Assembly (NCBI GenBank): GCA_965204535.1
Contig: CBDBEV010000001.1
Coordinates: forward strand, 1,952,001-2,016,000
Direction: 5' to 3'
Length of the DNA: 64,000 bases
Origin: a bacterium
GTDB taxonomy: Bacteria > UBA8248
Shown here: piece by piece, positions 48,204-57,923 of the stretch
Position numbering within the stretch: the first letter of the stretch is position 1
Layout: every line of letters begins with the position of its first letter
Translations under genes and position numbers: made by a program
Notes under the pieces: generated by a model
Told to the model about the DNA's origin: nothing
Database searches by the model: none
What the model saw: only the letters and a program-made list of their open reading frames with translations

Positions 48204-48484
48204 TCGGCATCGCCGCCCGCGAAGGGTATCTCTCTCCGGGAGCCTCTCGCCCCCGGAATCTCCAGGTTCGCGCCGCGCGGCATGTTCTCGACGAGCCACC
48301 GCCCCATGGGCTTGCGGGGCGACTCCTTCGCGTACCACTTCCCGGCGGGCACGACCACGAAGGGCCGCCTCGCGCCGATATGCTGCGGCCCCTCCTCCTC
48401 GGCGAGGCGCAACACCTCGGACAGGCGCGCCTTGGCCTCGGCGACGGTCCAGACTCGGCGGGGTTTGGGATGTCGTTCGGTCAT
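48200..48484 (-). CDS. Phd/YefM family antitoxin
   Basis: WTVAEAKARLSEVLRLA..EGPQHI; 4-bp ATGA overlap with vapC. Confidence 0.9.
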   Translation of the reverse strand: MTERHPKPRRVWTVAEAKARLSEVLRLAEEEGPQHIGARRPFVVVPAGKWYAKESPRKPMGRWLVENMPRGANLEIPGARGSRREIPFAGGDAE

Positions 48485-48565
48485 GGCTCCCTCAAGCGAA
48501 AAATATAGTCCAATATAGACTATATTACTGGTCGGCGTCAAGGGGAGGAAAACCACGTGTGGGGA

Positions 48566-48898
48566 CCGCATTTCCCCGCATTTGCGGCGAAGCGCTCATC
48601 GCTTCCTCCCGGCAACCGGAGGAAATTCTCTGCATCCCGTTCGAAACGACCCGCATTTGCCCGCAATTGCCGTCGCGCTGCCCGGGGCGCGAGCGCGTAT
48701 GATGGCGAAGCCGGGCGCTTCGTTCTCAAGTGATATGGAATTTCCGTAAATTCCTGAAAAATCCCGAAAAATCCGATAAATTAACGGGGTATTTCTGAAA
48801 ATTAAATTCTTGGGAAATGACGCCGCGGAATCCGGGCGCAGGAGGATTCTGCCACGGTCGGCCGGCCTCGCCATGACGGCAAATGCGGGGAAATGCGG
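48566..48898. repeat. Three copies (two direct, one inverted) of a CCGCATTTCCCCGCATTTGC(CGTC) motif around an AT-rich phased tract
   Basis: Copies at 48566-48585 and 48651-48674, and inverted at 48875-48898; A-tracts about 10 bp apart at ~48740-48810. Confidence 0.7.
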
Positions 48899-49361
48899 CG
48901 TGTTGCGGATTTCAGGGCGCGATTGCCGCGTTCGGGCTTTCCGCTTCAGGAGGAATCGACCGAAGCCGCCCGAGCCAACAAGGCGGACAATCGGCCGTAA
49001 TCCGGGTGCGCATCCGCGCGACTGGAGCGCGCTCCCGTTTCCGGGGCGGGAAGATACTTGTGCGGGGCCGCTGACCCCCGCGCGGCGTATCCGGCCCGCC
49101 GACGCCTCGTCCATGAGAGCGAAGCAGTTCGGCGTCCCCCGCCGGATTCGCCCGTCACCTCTCCAAACATCCGTCGAGGCTGCTCAAACGGCTTGAATGG
49201 TATCAGCGAAGGCGGCGGTGGGTAAAGATTTTGCAAAGGTTTCCGCTCCGGGCGCCCTTCGGGAATTGCCGGACGGGAGCGGCGGGGGTGGAATCCTGGG
49301 TTTCCCGGCCGGGATGAAACTGAAAATGCAAACGGTTCATTTTTATGGTGTTATATCGATT

Positions 49362-50645
49362 TCAGGTGGATATGGAAGCGGTTCCGCCCATGTAGGGGCG
49401 CAAGGCCTCGGGTATCGCCACGGAGCCGTCCGCGCGCTGGAAGTTCTCGAGAATCGCCACCAGCGTGCGGCCTACGGCGAGGCCCGAGCCGTTCAGGGTA
49501 TGGACGAATTCGGGCTTCGCACCCGCTCCGGGGCGGTAGCGGATGCCCGCGCGCCGGGCCTGGAAGTCCTCGAAATTGCTGCACGAGGAGATCTCGCGGT
49601 AGGTGTTCTGAGACGGCACCCAGACCTCGATGTCGTACGTCTTGGCGGCGGAAAAACCCAGGTCTCCCGCGCACAGCGTGACGACGCGGTAGTGGAGTCC
49701 CAGGCGCTTCAGGATTTCTTCCGCGTCTGAGGTGAGGGTCTCCAATTCCTCGTAGCTCGTCTCGGGGCGGCTGAACATCACGAGTTCGACCTTGTTGAAC
49801 TGGTGCTGGCGGATGAGGCCGCGCGTGTCCTGGCCGTAGGAGCCGGCCTCGCTCCTGAAGCAGGGCGTATAGGCCGTGTACCTGAGGGGAAGGTCCTCGT
49901 CGCTCAGGATTTCGTCGCGGTGGATGTTCGTGACGGGCACCTCGGCGGTGGGGATGAGGTAGTATTTTCCGTCGTTTACGCGGAAGAGGTCTTCCTCGAA
50001 TTTGGGCAGCTGGCCCGTGCCCGTCATGGCCTCGGGGTTCACCATGAACGGCGGCAGCCACTCGGTGTAGCCGTGCTCGTTCGTGTGCAGGTCGAGCATG
50101 AAGTTGATGAGGACGCGCTCCAAACGCGCGCCCGCCCCCCGGTAGAGCGCAAACCGCGCGCCGGCGATCTTGGCGGCGCGTTTCATATCAAGTATTTCCA
50201 GGGCTTCGCCCAGCTCATCGTGCGCCCTGGGTTCGAAGTCGAAAACGGGTTTCTCGCCCCAGACCCGCACGAGGGCGTTGTCCTCGGCACTCCGGCCTTC
50301 GGGCGTGGTCTCATGCGGCGCGTTGGGGAGTTCCAGGAGGATATCGTTTTGTTTTTGTTCGAGTTCCCTCAGTTCTCCCTCCATGGACTTGGCCTCGGCC
50401 GTCAAGCGCTGGTTCTCGGCCAGAAACGCCTCGACCTCCTCATCGGACGCCTTGTTCCTTTTGAGTTCGCCGATTTGCTTGCTGCGCTTTCTCACGTCGG
50501 CCACCCGGCTTTCGACCTGGTGGGTCAAATCCCGCCTCCGGGCGTCGATTTCCAGCAAGCCCGGGAGGTCCCAATCGCCGCCCCTTCGCGCGAGGGCGCG
50601 CGCCACCGCGTCGGGGTCTTGTCTGATGAGGCGAATGTCGAACAA
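49362..50645 (-). CDS. serS: Serine--tRNA ligase
   Basis: [63 protein letters not shown]. Confidence 0.98.
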   Translation of the reverse strand: MFDIRLIRQDPDAVARALARRGGDWDLPGLLEIDARRRDLTHQVESRVADVRKRSKQIGELKRNKASDEEVEAFLAENQRLTAEAKSMEGELRELEQKQNDILLELPNAPHETTPEGRSAEDNALVRVWGEKPVFDFEPRAHDELGEALEILDMKRAAKIAGARFALYRGAGARLERVLINFMLDLHTNEHGYTEWLPPFMVNPEAMTGTGQLPKFEEDLFRVNDGKYYLIPTAEVPVTNIHRDEILSDEDLPLRYTAYTPCFRSEAGSYGQDTRGLIRQHQFNKVELVMFSRPETSYEELETLTSDAEEILKRLGLHYRVVTLCAGDLGFSAAKTYDIEVWVPSQNTYREISSCSNFEDFQARRAGIRYRPGAGAKPEFVHTLNGSGLAVGRTLVAILENFQRADGSVAIPEALRPYMGGTASIST

Positions 50646-50822
50646 TTTGCCGCTCCTCCATGATGTTCCCTTATGGGGTAGTGAACATAAAACGGGAGGT
50701 TGCGCGCGTCAACGGAAACATCTCCCGGAGGTGAAATAACCGCGCTGGATTTTGGTTTCGCAAATGGGTATTCTCGATGGATCGGATGCGTTTTCCGGCA
50801 ACGACAGGGGATGGAGACGAAC

Positions 50823-51296
50823 ATGTTCGGCATCATGCGGTTGATAGTGCGTTCAGGGGGCGCCGTGGCCGTCTGTCTGGGGATCGTGGCCCTGGCGTTC
50901 TACGGCATCGCGCAGACGAGCGTGATGATAGTGGATGAGCCCGCCCGGGGGTTCAAGGTGCTGGGCGTCTTTTTCGCTCTCTCCGTCGTGTTTTGCCTGA
51001 TGCTGAAATGGGTCTTGCGACAGGCTATTGCGCAGGCCCTCCGCCCCATCGGCGCGGCGAAAGAGGCGACCTCGCGCCTCGTTTCCATCGGCGAGGAAGG
51101 CGGCAAGAAAGCGTTTCGCTCGCTCGGCAAAAGAACGCGAAACGCGGGCAGCACGCTCACGTGGGCGGTGGGCGGAGCGGCCAGAACCCTGTGGCGCGTG
51201 CGGTTTGTCTGGCCCTCTTCCTGGCGCGGCCGCCGGGATGACGCGCAAAAGCCTGCGGATGTCATTCCCCTCAAGAGGAATCAGGAGGGCTCCTGA
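50823..51296 (+). CDS. Hypothetical membrane protein
   Basis: Two TM segments and a basic C-terminal tail; GGAG RBS before ATG 50823. Confidence 0.55.
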   Translation: MFGIMRLIVRSGGAVAVCLGIVALAFYGIAQTSVMIVDEPARGFKVLGVFFALSVVFCLMLKWVLRQAIAQALRPIGAAKEATSRLVSIGEEGGKKAFRSLGKRTRNAGSTLTWAVGGAARTLWRVRFVWPSSWRGRRDDAQKPADVIPLKRNQEGS

Positions 51297-51335
51297 CCTT
51301 TTGGATTGAGAGAGGCGGTTCTTCGGTCTTTTCGG

Positions 51336-51791
51336 CTACTCCTCCATTTGCTCGAAAATCAGATAGTGGCTTTCCTCCATGTTCAGATTCTTGTAAACCG
51401 CCTGGGCTGCCGCGTTTTGCGCGTCAACGTATAGCTGGAGGCCGCAGGCGCCCGCTTGTTCGGCGAGATTTTTAATGTGGTGGTGCAATGCCCTGTAAAT
51501 GCCCTGTTTTCTCTCAGACGGAACGACATACACGTTCTGAATCCACCAGTATTGGCCGTTGTTCCAGTCGCTCCACTCCAGTGTGACCCGGATTTGCCCC
51601 AGAATCTCGTCGCCCCGGTGCGCGAGGTAATATTGTCCCAGCGAAGGGTCGGCGAGGGATTTTTCCACGCCCCGGCGGACTTTCTCGGGTTCCAGACGAA
51701 GGTTTTCACTCTCCAAGGCCATCTCGATGTTGAATTGGACAATAGTTTCCGTGTCCTCGATAGTGGCCGGACGTATCTCGAAATTCATCAT
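51336..51791 (-). CDS. GNAT family N-acetyltransferase
   Basis: IRPAT, EWSDW..G.YWWIQNVYV..RKQGIYRAL, LYVD..N..AQAVY. Confidence 0.9.
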   Translation of the reverse strand: MMNFEIRPATIEDTETIVQFNIEMALESENLRLEPEKVRRGVEKSLADPSLGQYYLAHRGDEILGQIRVTLEWSDWNNGQYWWIQNVYVVPSERKQGIYRALHHHIKNLAEQAGACGLQLYVDAQNAAAQAVYKNLNMEESHYLIFEQMEE

Positions 51792-52074
51792 GCCTCCGAA
51801 TTGTCGGGTCTGGTTCGATTGTTCTGACAGACCCTATCCAATTCGATTCAGCAAGTAAAACCTATGCCGGGTGATATCGTTTCCCAGGGTTTCAGCCATG
51901 AACTTTGTGTGGAAATGCGCCTGTTGAGAAAAAAAGGGCTTTCAGCCCACAATAGATTCGGGCGTGGGGCAGCACTACGATTTCTCAGGTTTTTTCAGAA
52001 ACTTGCCCACACGAGTGTCGTTGGGTGAAATGAAACTGGCCAAGCAGGCGGGCCGCCGTAACAGGAAGCATGGA

Positions 52075-53355
52075 ATGCGCTTGAAACTCGGGATCTGTAT
52101 CGTTTCCGTTGTTTTTCTCACTCTCCCGGCGTTTTCCCGGAAGATATCAAAAAGCTTCATCTTTCCGTCCGTTCAAGCTTCGGAAAAAAAGGGGATTCCC
52201 GGCAAATGGAAGCGCTGGCAGGATTTCGTGAACGATCACTTCCGCTATCCGTTGCCTCCCATGGGCGAGGCGCCGGAATCATACAGAGGTGCTGAACGCT
52301 CTCTTTCGCCGGAGCATTGCGGCAGTTGTCATCCCGAGCAGCACAAACAGTGGAGAACCACGCTTCACGCCAAGGCGATGAGTCCGGGCATATACGGACA
52401 ACTCGTCGATATGTGGAAGACGAATCCCAAGCAAGCGCAAAGCTGCAACGAGTGCCACGCGCCCTTGGCGGAACAGCAAAAACGCGCGAAGCAGAGCGCG
52501 GACCCTCTGGCGAGATGGCGGAAAAACCCGGTCTACGACCGAAAGCTGGAGATGAGTGGACTGGCCTGCGCTGCATGCCATGTGCGCGATTGGCGCGTGC
52601 ATGGTCCCCAGAAGAAAGAGACCCCCGAAGGTGTAGACGATACGACAGGCAAAGGCCCGCACGCCGGTGTGGAGCGCACGCCATTTTTCAGCCGCTCTGA
52701 ATTTTGCATGAGTTGTCACCAGCACACGTTTCCCGGACCGAACGGGAAATCGATTCAGAATACCTACAACGAATGGAAAAACTCGCTTTGGGGCAAGGAG
52801 GGCGTCGCCTGCCAGAGTTGTCACATGCCCGACCGGGCGCATCTTTGGCGGGGCATACATGACAAGGATATGACGCAAAGCGCCGTGCAAATCGACGTTT
52901 CGCTGGGAGCGGAAGCGTCCGAAGAAATCGTGACGGCCGAGATCAAGCTCACGAACTCGGGCGCCGGCCATTATTTTCCCACCTACATCACGCCCTCGGT
53001 GGACGTGATCACCGAACTTGAGGACAAGAACGGGCGAAGAATACCGGGCTCAAGGCAAATCAACGTGATAGAGCGGAAACTCTCGTCCGATTTCAGCCGT
53101 GAAATCCATGACACGCGCATTCCCCCTCAAGAATCCATCACGTTTCGATACAGGAGAGGACGAAGAGAGGATGCCGCGAGGTTCAGGGTGCGCGTTCACG
53201 TGCGGCCCGATGCCTTTTATCACAATTTCTTCATTGAATTTCTCAAAAATCCCGACATCTCGAACTTGTCACGTAAGCTCATCATGGAGGCCCGAGACAT
53301 CGCGGCGTCATCGGGCTTTGACATTTATGATGAGAAACTCGAATTGAAAAACTAA
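52075..53355 (+). CDS. Periplasmic pentahaem c-type cytochrome (c554-like family)
   Basis: Signal peptide; five CxxCH motifs (CGSCH, CNECH, CAACH, CMSCH, CQSCH); C-terminal N.GAGHYFPT. Confidence 0.88.
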   Translation: MRLKLGICIVSVVFLTLPAFSRKISKSFIFPSVQASEKKGIPGKWKRWQDFVNDHFRYPLPPMGEAPESYRGAERSLSPEHCGSCHPEQHKQWRTTLHAKAMSPGIYGQLVDMWKTNPKQAQSCNECHAPLAEQQKRAKQSADPLARWRKNPVYDRKLEMSGLACAACHVRDWRVHGPQKKETPEGVDDTTGKGPHAGVERTPFFSRSEFCMSCHQHTFPGPNGKSIQNTYNEWKNSLWGKEGVACQSCHMPDRAHLWRGIHDKDMTQSAVQIDVSLGAEASEEIVTAEIKLTNSGAGHYFPTYITPSVDVITELEDKNGRRIPGSRQINVIERKLSSDFSREIHDTRIPPQESITFRYRRGRREDAARFRVRVHVRPDAFYHNFFIEFLKNPDISNLSRKLIMEARDIAASSGFDIYDEKLELKN

Positions 53356-55679
53356 TCAACCGATACGGCGGCGTTTCTTTCGCGAACCGCGCGAACGACG
53401 TCCTCCGGCGCAATCGGCAACGTGTTGAGGTTCGGGTTGGCCGGGTCCCCGATAGCGTCTGCTATCGCGTTCGCTATCGCGGGCGCTGCCGGAATGAGCG
53501 GCATCTCTCCCGCTCCCTTGGCCCCGTAGGGGCCTTCCACGTCGGGTGATTCCACGATCACGCTTTCGATTTCCGAGACGTCCAGACTGGTGGGATTGAG
53601 TTGGCTCTCGAAATCCGCATGCTCGATGATGCCCTCTTCGTGGTGGATCTGCTCGGCGAGGGCCCAGCCCAGCCCCTGTGCGATGCCGCCCTCTATCTGT
53701 CCGTTCAGGGTGAGGGGGTTCATGGCGAAGCCCACATCCTGCGCGCTGGTGATTCTCAGCACCCTGGTTTCTCCTGTTTCGGTGTCGACTTCTACTTCGG
53801 CGATTTGGGTGGCGAATTCTGGCCCGGGCCTCGAGGGTTCGGGGTGGCCGCGCACGTTGTCCGTCCGGTGGGGGGGATTCTCTCCGCGGTAGGATCCGCG
53901 CCCGGTCACGGGGCCGTCGCCTTTCCATACGGCCGAAAACGCCACATCGGCGAACGCGATGGCGCGTGAGGGTGCGGCGCGCACGAATATGTTTCCCTCG
54001 CCTATCTCCAAGTCTTCCGGGGAGGATTCGAGCATGCGCGCCGCCTGGCGAAGCATTTGCTCGCGGGCGTCTTCCGCCGCCATTCGCACGGCGTGCGCCA
54101 TGTTGAACGTGGTCCGGCTGCCTGCGCTGATGGCGTCGAAGGGCGTGGTTTCGGTGTCGGCGATGCGGACGCTCACCTTTTGCACCTCGGCTCCAAGAAT
54201 CTCCGCCGCCACCTGCGCCATCACGGTAGCCGCGCCCGTACCCAGATCGGCGCATCCGGCCAGCACGGCCAGGCCCCCGTCCTCGTTCACCTTCACGACG
54301 GCGCCCGACGCCCCTCCACCGGTGGGATAGCGCGCGCAGCCGATGCCCATTCCCCGCCTGATTCTGCTATTCTGATTTTCCTTTTTCTGCTTCCCCCAGC
54401 CCGCCTTTTTTCCCGCGCGCTCGAGCGTTTCCTTGATGCTTACGCTTTGTAGAATCGTGCCTGCGGGATCCTCGTCGTTTTCATCCATCCCGTTGAGGAT
54501 TCGAAAGGCGAGCGGGTCCATTTCCAGTTCCGAGGCGATGCGATCGGTATGGCGCTCGCAGGCGAAAGCGACCTGCGCCACGCCCAATCCCCGATAGGAG
54601 CCGCTGGGCGGAAGGTTTGTATACACGAGCAGACCATCGACCCTGACGTTTGGAATCTTGTATGGCCCCGCGCTGGTGTAGCAGGATTTGCCCAGCACCA
54701 TCGGTCCCGTCATGCAATAGGCGCCGTTGTTTGAGGTGATTTGTACGTGGCGCGCAATGATTTTCCCTTCCCGCGTCACGCCCGTGCGATAGCGCATACG
54801 GTATGCGTGCCTCGGGTTTCCGGTGATGGTTTCCTCTTCGCGATTGAGAGTCAACTGAACGGGCCGGTTCGACTTTCTGCTCAACAAAACGGCCAGGGCT
54901 TCCATCAGATGTTGGGATTTACCGCCGAACGCGCCGCCCACATGGGTGCTCACGACGCGCAGTTTGTTCATGGGGAGTTCGAGTATTTCCGAGGCGATGG
55001 CGCGCACCACGAAAGCCCCTTGGGTGGGCGAATAGACTATCGTGCTGTCCTCGGGTCCGGGCTCTGCGAGCATGGCGCGGGGCTCGAGATAGTTCTGGTG
55101 AACGCGGGGCGTTTCGTATTCGTCCTCGAATACGAAATCCGCGCGCACGAGCGCATCTTCGATGGGATCGCCCGAGCGTATGAGGATATCGGCGGCCACG
55201 TTTCCATAGCGCATGATACCCGGAAACGATTCGTAATCATCCAGCGTGTCATGCAGAAGCGGGGCGTCTTCCTTCATGGCGTCGGCCGTCGTGAACACGG
55301 CGGGGAGCACCTTGTAATCGACATGAATTTTCTCGAGCGCGGCTTGCGCGGCTTCGGGGGTTTCGGCGGCCACAGCGGCCACGCGTTCGCCAACGTAAAG
55401 CACCTTATCGATGGCGAGAAGCGGTTCATCGCGCACGAGCCTGCCGTGGCGGATGCCGGAAAAATCATCCGCCGTGACGATGGCGTGTACGCCGGGAACC
55501 TTCAAGGCATTGGTGGTGTCGATTTTCTTGATCTCGGCGTGTGGGTGCGGACTCAGGAGCAATTTCGCGGTGAGGCAGCCGGGCCTTCTCAAATCATCGC
55601 CGAAATCGGCGTATCCGGAGACCTTCTCTGCGGAGTCGAGTCTCGGTATGGATTTGCCCAGAACCTGATATTCGGGCAT
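53352..55679 (-). CDS. Xanthine dehydrogenase family molybdopterin-binding (large) subunit
   Basis: KVSG...F.DD, SPHPHA.I, VGGAFGGK, SYRGLG, DLGTG, AGSRTT, GQIEGG..QGLG, GAKGAGE. Confidence 0.93.
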   Translation of the reverse strand: MPEYQVLGKSIPRLDSAEKVSGYADFGDDLRRPGCLTAKLLLSPHPHAEIKKIDTTNALKVPGVHAIVTADDFSGIRHGRLVRDEPLLAIDKVLYVGERVAAVAAETPEAAQAALEKIHVDYKVLPAVFTTADAMKEDAPLLHDTLDDYESFPGIMRYGNVAADILIRSGDPIEDALVRADFVFEDEYETPRVHQNYLEPRAMLAEPGPEDSTIVYSPTQGAFVVRAIASEILELPMNKLRVVSTHVGGAFGGKSQHLMEALAVLLSRKSNRPVQLTLNREEETITGNPRHAYRMRYRTGVTREGKIIARHVQITSNNGAYCMTGPMVLGKSCYTSAGPYKIPNVRVDGLLVYTNLPPSGSYRGLGVAQVAFACERHTDRIASELEMDPLAFRILNGMDENDEDPAGTILQSVSIKETLERAGKKAGWGKQKKENQNSRIRRGMGIGCARYPTGGGASGAVVKVNEDGGLAVLAGCADLGTGAATVMAQVAAEILGAEVQKVSVRIADTETTPFDAISAGSRTTFNMAHAVRMAAEDAREQMLRQAARMLESSPEDLEIGEGNIFVRAAPSRAIAFADVAFSAVWKGDGPVTGRGSYRGENPPHRTDNVRGHPEPSRPGPEFATQIAEVEVDTETGETRVLRITSAQDVGFAMNPLTLNGQIEGGIAQGLGWALAEQIHHEEGIIEHADFESQLNPTSLDVSEIESVIVESPDVEGPYGAKGAGEMPLIPAAPAIANAIADAIGDPANPNLNTLPIAPEDVVRAVRERNAAVSVD

Positions 55680-55751
55680 GTCACCCCTCATCACCTTGTG
55701 CAAGGCATCGTCTCATGGTGAATCCCGTCGGTGAATATTAGACACCAGAGT

Positions 55752-56495
55752 CTATCTTACTTTCAATTTCTCGAAAAATCCGCGAATTCGCCTGGCGTTC
55801 GCACCAATATCGCCGACGCCGACGCGGGATTTCGAGCGGATGTCGAGGCGCGTCGTTCCGCTGCTCGACGTGATCCGTATGACGATATCGTCAACGAACC
55901 CGTACCAGAAAGTCGTGTCATAGGCCTCGATGCGTCCTTGATCCGGTTTTGATGACACCACATGCCAGCCCATGGCGTGCGCGGCGTCCTGAGCGCGCTT
56001 GAAAACTTCTTCTTTTGAAGTTTGGAAAATAAGTGGTTTGATATCCGGATACGCTTTTTTCTGCAGCCGCGCGATGCGCGTCCCCTCGTAGGCGGGCGGG
56101 TTCTTCGCCCCTGTCCTGAGCGTGAGAACGGCTTGAAAGACGGGCGGATTCCGGGTGTCCGTCGTGATGTCGTGAATCTTGGGCACCCGTCTCGCGATCT
56201 GCATGTGCGCGTGAAGAAAGCCCGCAACGATGAAGCCGAGTGCGATGCCGAGCGCGGCGGCCAACGTCTTGACCCTGGAGGCGTCGCGCAAAGCGAACAA
56301 GCCACCCGCCATGGAGACGGCGACTGAGATGAGAGCGATAACGGATGCGGACTTGAAAATCTGGAACCCCGTGCTGAAATGCCACAGTTCCCAGCGATGG
56401 CCCAGACCCGACGCCACGGCGGCCAGCGCGCAAGCACCCGATATGAACAGACCCACATACGATATGGATGAGAGGGATTGTGATTTGTCAGCCAC
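55752..56495 (-). CDS. DUF1499 family membrane protein
   Basis: Three TM helices, PKIHDITTD, QKKAYPDIKPL, FWYGFVDDIVIR, DIRSKSRVG..DIGANARRI. Confidence 0.85.
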   Translation of the reverse strand: MADKSQSLSSISYVGLFISGACALAAVASGLGHRWELWHFSTGFQIFKSASVIALISVAVSMAGGLFALRDASRVKTLAAALGIALGFIVAGFLHAHMQIARRVPKIHDITTDTRNPPVFQAVLTLRTGAKNPPAYEGTRIARLQKKAYPDIKPLIFQTSKEEVFKRAQDAAHAMGWHVVSSKPDQGRIEAYDTTFWYGFVDDIVIRITSSSGTTRLDIRSKSRVGVGDIGANARRIRGFFEKLKVR

Positions 56496-57087
56496 GTATT
56501 TTCTTTTTCAACCTCTCGATGGCATCCTGCAATTCTTTCGGTCCTTCGGGATTTTGCTTCACGTGCCCGAAGGCGTAGTTGATCGAGTTGGCGAAGTTTC
56601 TGTAGGAGACGGCCGCGATAATGTCCACGATGTTCTCCTCGCTGAAGCCGGCGGCCCTCAGACTTTCGATGTCCGTTTTTTGCATCGAGTGAGGCGTGTG
56701 GGTGAACTTCTCCGCATAGGCGAGCATGGCACGGTCCGCCGGGTCGAGGATTCCCGCGCGCTTCGGGTCGTCCAGCACCTCGGCTACTTCGGCGATGGAG
56801 GCGTCATCGCATTCGTCACGGAACAACTGCCCGTGGTTCATCGCTCAGCCGTATCACCCCCCATGGGCCGCCACGTAGAAGGCGAGCAACTCCGCCCGCC
56901 TCGTTCCGAGGCTCGAGCCTCCATGAACGGCGTGGCGGAGCGTTTCACGCCCGGCCAGAATATCGGGCCTCCTGCCCATCTCGAGAAACATCCTGGGAAT
57001 CGGTTTTCTCGCCTTGCGCAGGTCTTCGATAATTTCTTTTGTGGCTCCCTCCGCTACATACGGAGAAATGGGTTGAATCCAACTCAT
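56488..57087 (-). CDS. AhpD/CMD-family peroxidase-related selenoprotein candidate with a UxxU motif (two in-frame TGA read as Sec), 199 aa
   Basis: The 77-aa and 117-aa ORFs share a frame and are joined by GGG-TGA-TAC-GGC-TGA-GCG-ATG, i.e. G-U-Y-G-U-A-M-N-H, at the AhpD CxxC...H position. Strong RBS only at 57087. Confidence 0.82.
56817..56835 (-). promoter_or_regulatory. Putative bacterial SECIS hairpin
   Basis: mRNA CACGGG-CAGUUGU-UCCGUG stem-loop starts 9 nt after the second UGA (18 nt after the first), with a G in the apical loop. Confidence 0.55.
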
Positions 57088-57278
57088 GATGCTCCCCTTT
57101 AATGATAGGGAAAGAGGTTCTCAAGCATAGGAGAAATACGCAAGAGATACGTTCCACGTCATTGCTTTTTTTCTCTTGCTGCTGATCGCATTCTTCAGCA
57201 TAGATTGTCTTGCTTGTCATGGTAGTCGTGTTTCATTATCAACGTGTTAGATTTGTTTTTGCCTTGTCGGAGGACGCC

Positions 57279-57923
57279 ATGAATTTCGACCCGTCGCTGG
57301 TCGTCATCACCGACCGGGAGATATTGGCCCAGGCTTCCGGGTGGAAATTGAGGGATGCAGTTCGGGCAGCGGCGATGAGCGGGGCCGGCATGATCCAGCT
57401 TAGAGAGAAAAACTTGAGCGGCGTGGAGATGATTCGCCTGGCGGATGAAATGCGAGAGGTTCTGGAGGGAACCGGCTGCGCTTTTACGGTGAACGATCGG
57501 GTGGACGTCGCCATGGCCTGTGGCGCGGACGGGGTGCATCTGGGGCAGGAGGATTTTCCGGTTTCGAGGGCCAGGGAGATGGCGGGAGATACGTTGTTTT
57601 ATGGCGTTACAGCCGGAAAATCCGAATGGGCGTCGCGGGCCGCCGCCGAGGATGCGGATTATATCGGCGTAGGCCCTGTATATGCGACGGGGAGCAAGGC
57701 CGATGCGAGAGCGCCGATCGGGCCGGAAGGATTCCGGCGGATTATCGAACACGCCCCCGGCTTGCCCGCCGTCGCCATCGGGGGAATCGGTATCGAGAAC
57801 GTGGAGCCCGTCATCGAAGCCGGCGCCTCCGGCGTCGCTGTTATCGGTGCTGTGATGGGGGCGTCCGACCCGGGAGCCGCGACCCGGGAGTTGCGCAATC
57901 GCATCGAGAGGGCGAGAGGGTGA
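57279..57923 (+). CDS. thiE: Thiamine-phosphate synthase
   Basis: IQLREK, VNDRVDVA, DGVHLGQED, ADYIGVGPVYATGSK, VAIGGI. Confidence 0.96.
   Translation: MNFDPSLVVITDREILAQASGWKLRDAVRAAAMSGAGMIQLREKNLSGVEMIRLADEMREVLEGTGCAFTVNDRVDVAMACGADGVHLGQEDFPVSRAREMAGDTLFYGVTAGKSEWASRAAAEDADYIGVGPVYATGSKADARAPIGPEGFRRIIEHAPGLPAVAIGGIGIENVEPVIEAGASGVAVIGAVMGASDPGAATRELRNRIERARG

Noticed and set aside
47499-48900. CRISPR array
   Set aside because: The repeats are few, irregularly spaced and partly inverted, with no repeat-spacer periodicity and no cas genes.
56488-57087. Two separate small genes, or a nonsense-disrupted pseudogene
   Set aside because: Both stops are TGA, in frame, and fall exactly on the two Cys positions of the family motif. 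The rest of the gene is intact and a downstream hairpin is present, so Sec read-through is more parsimonious.
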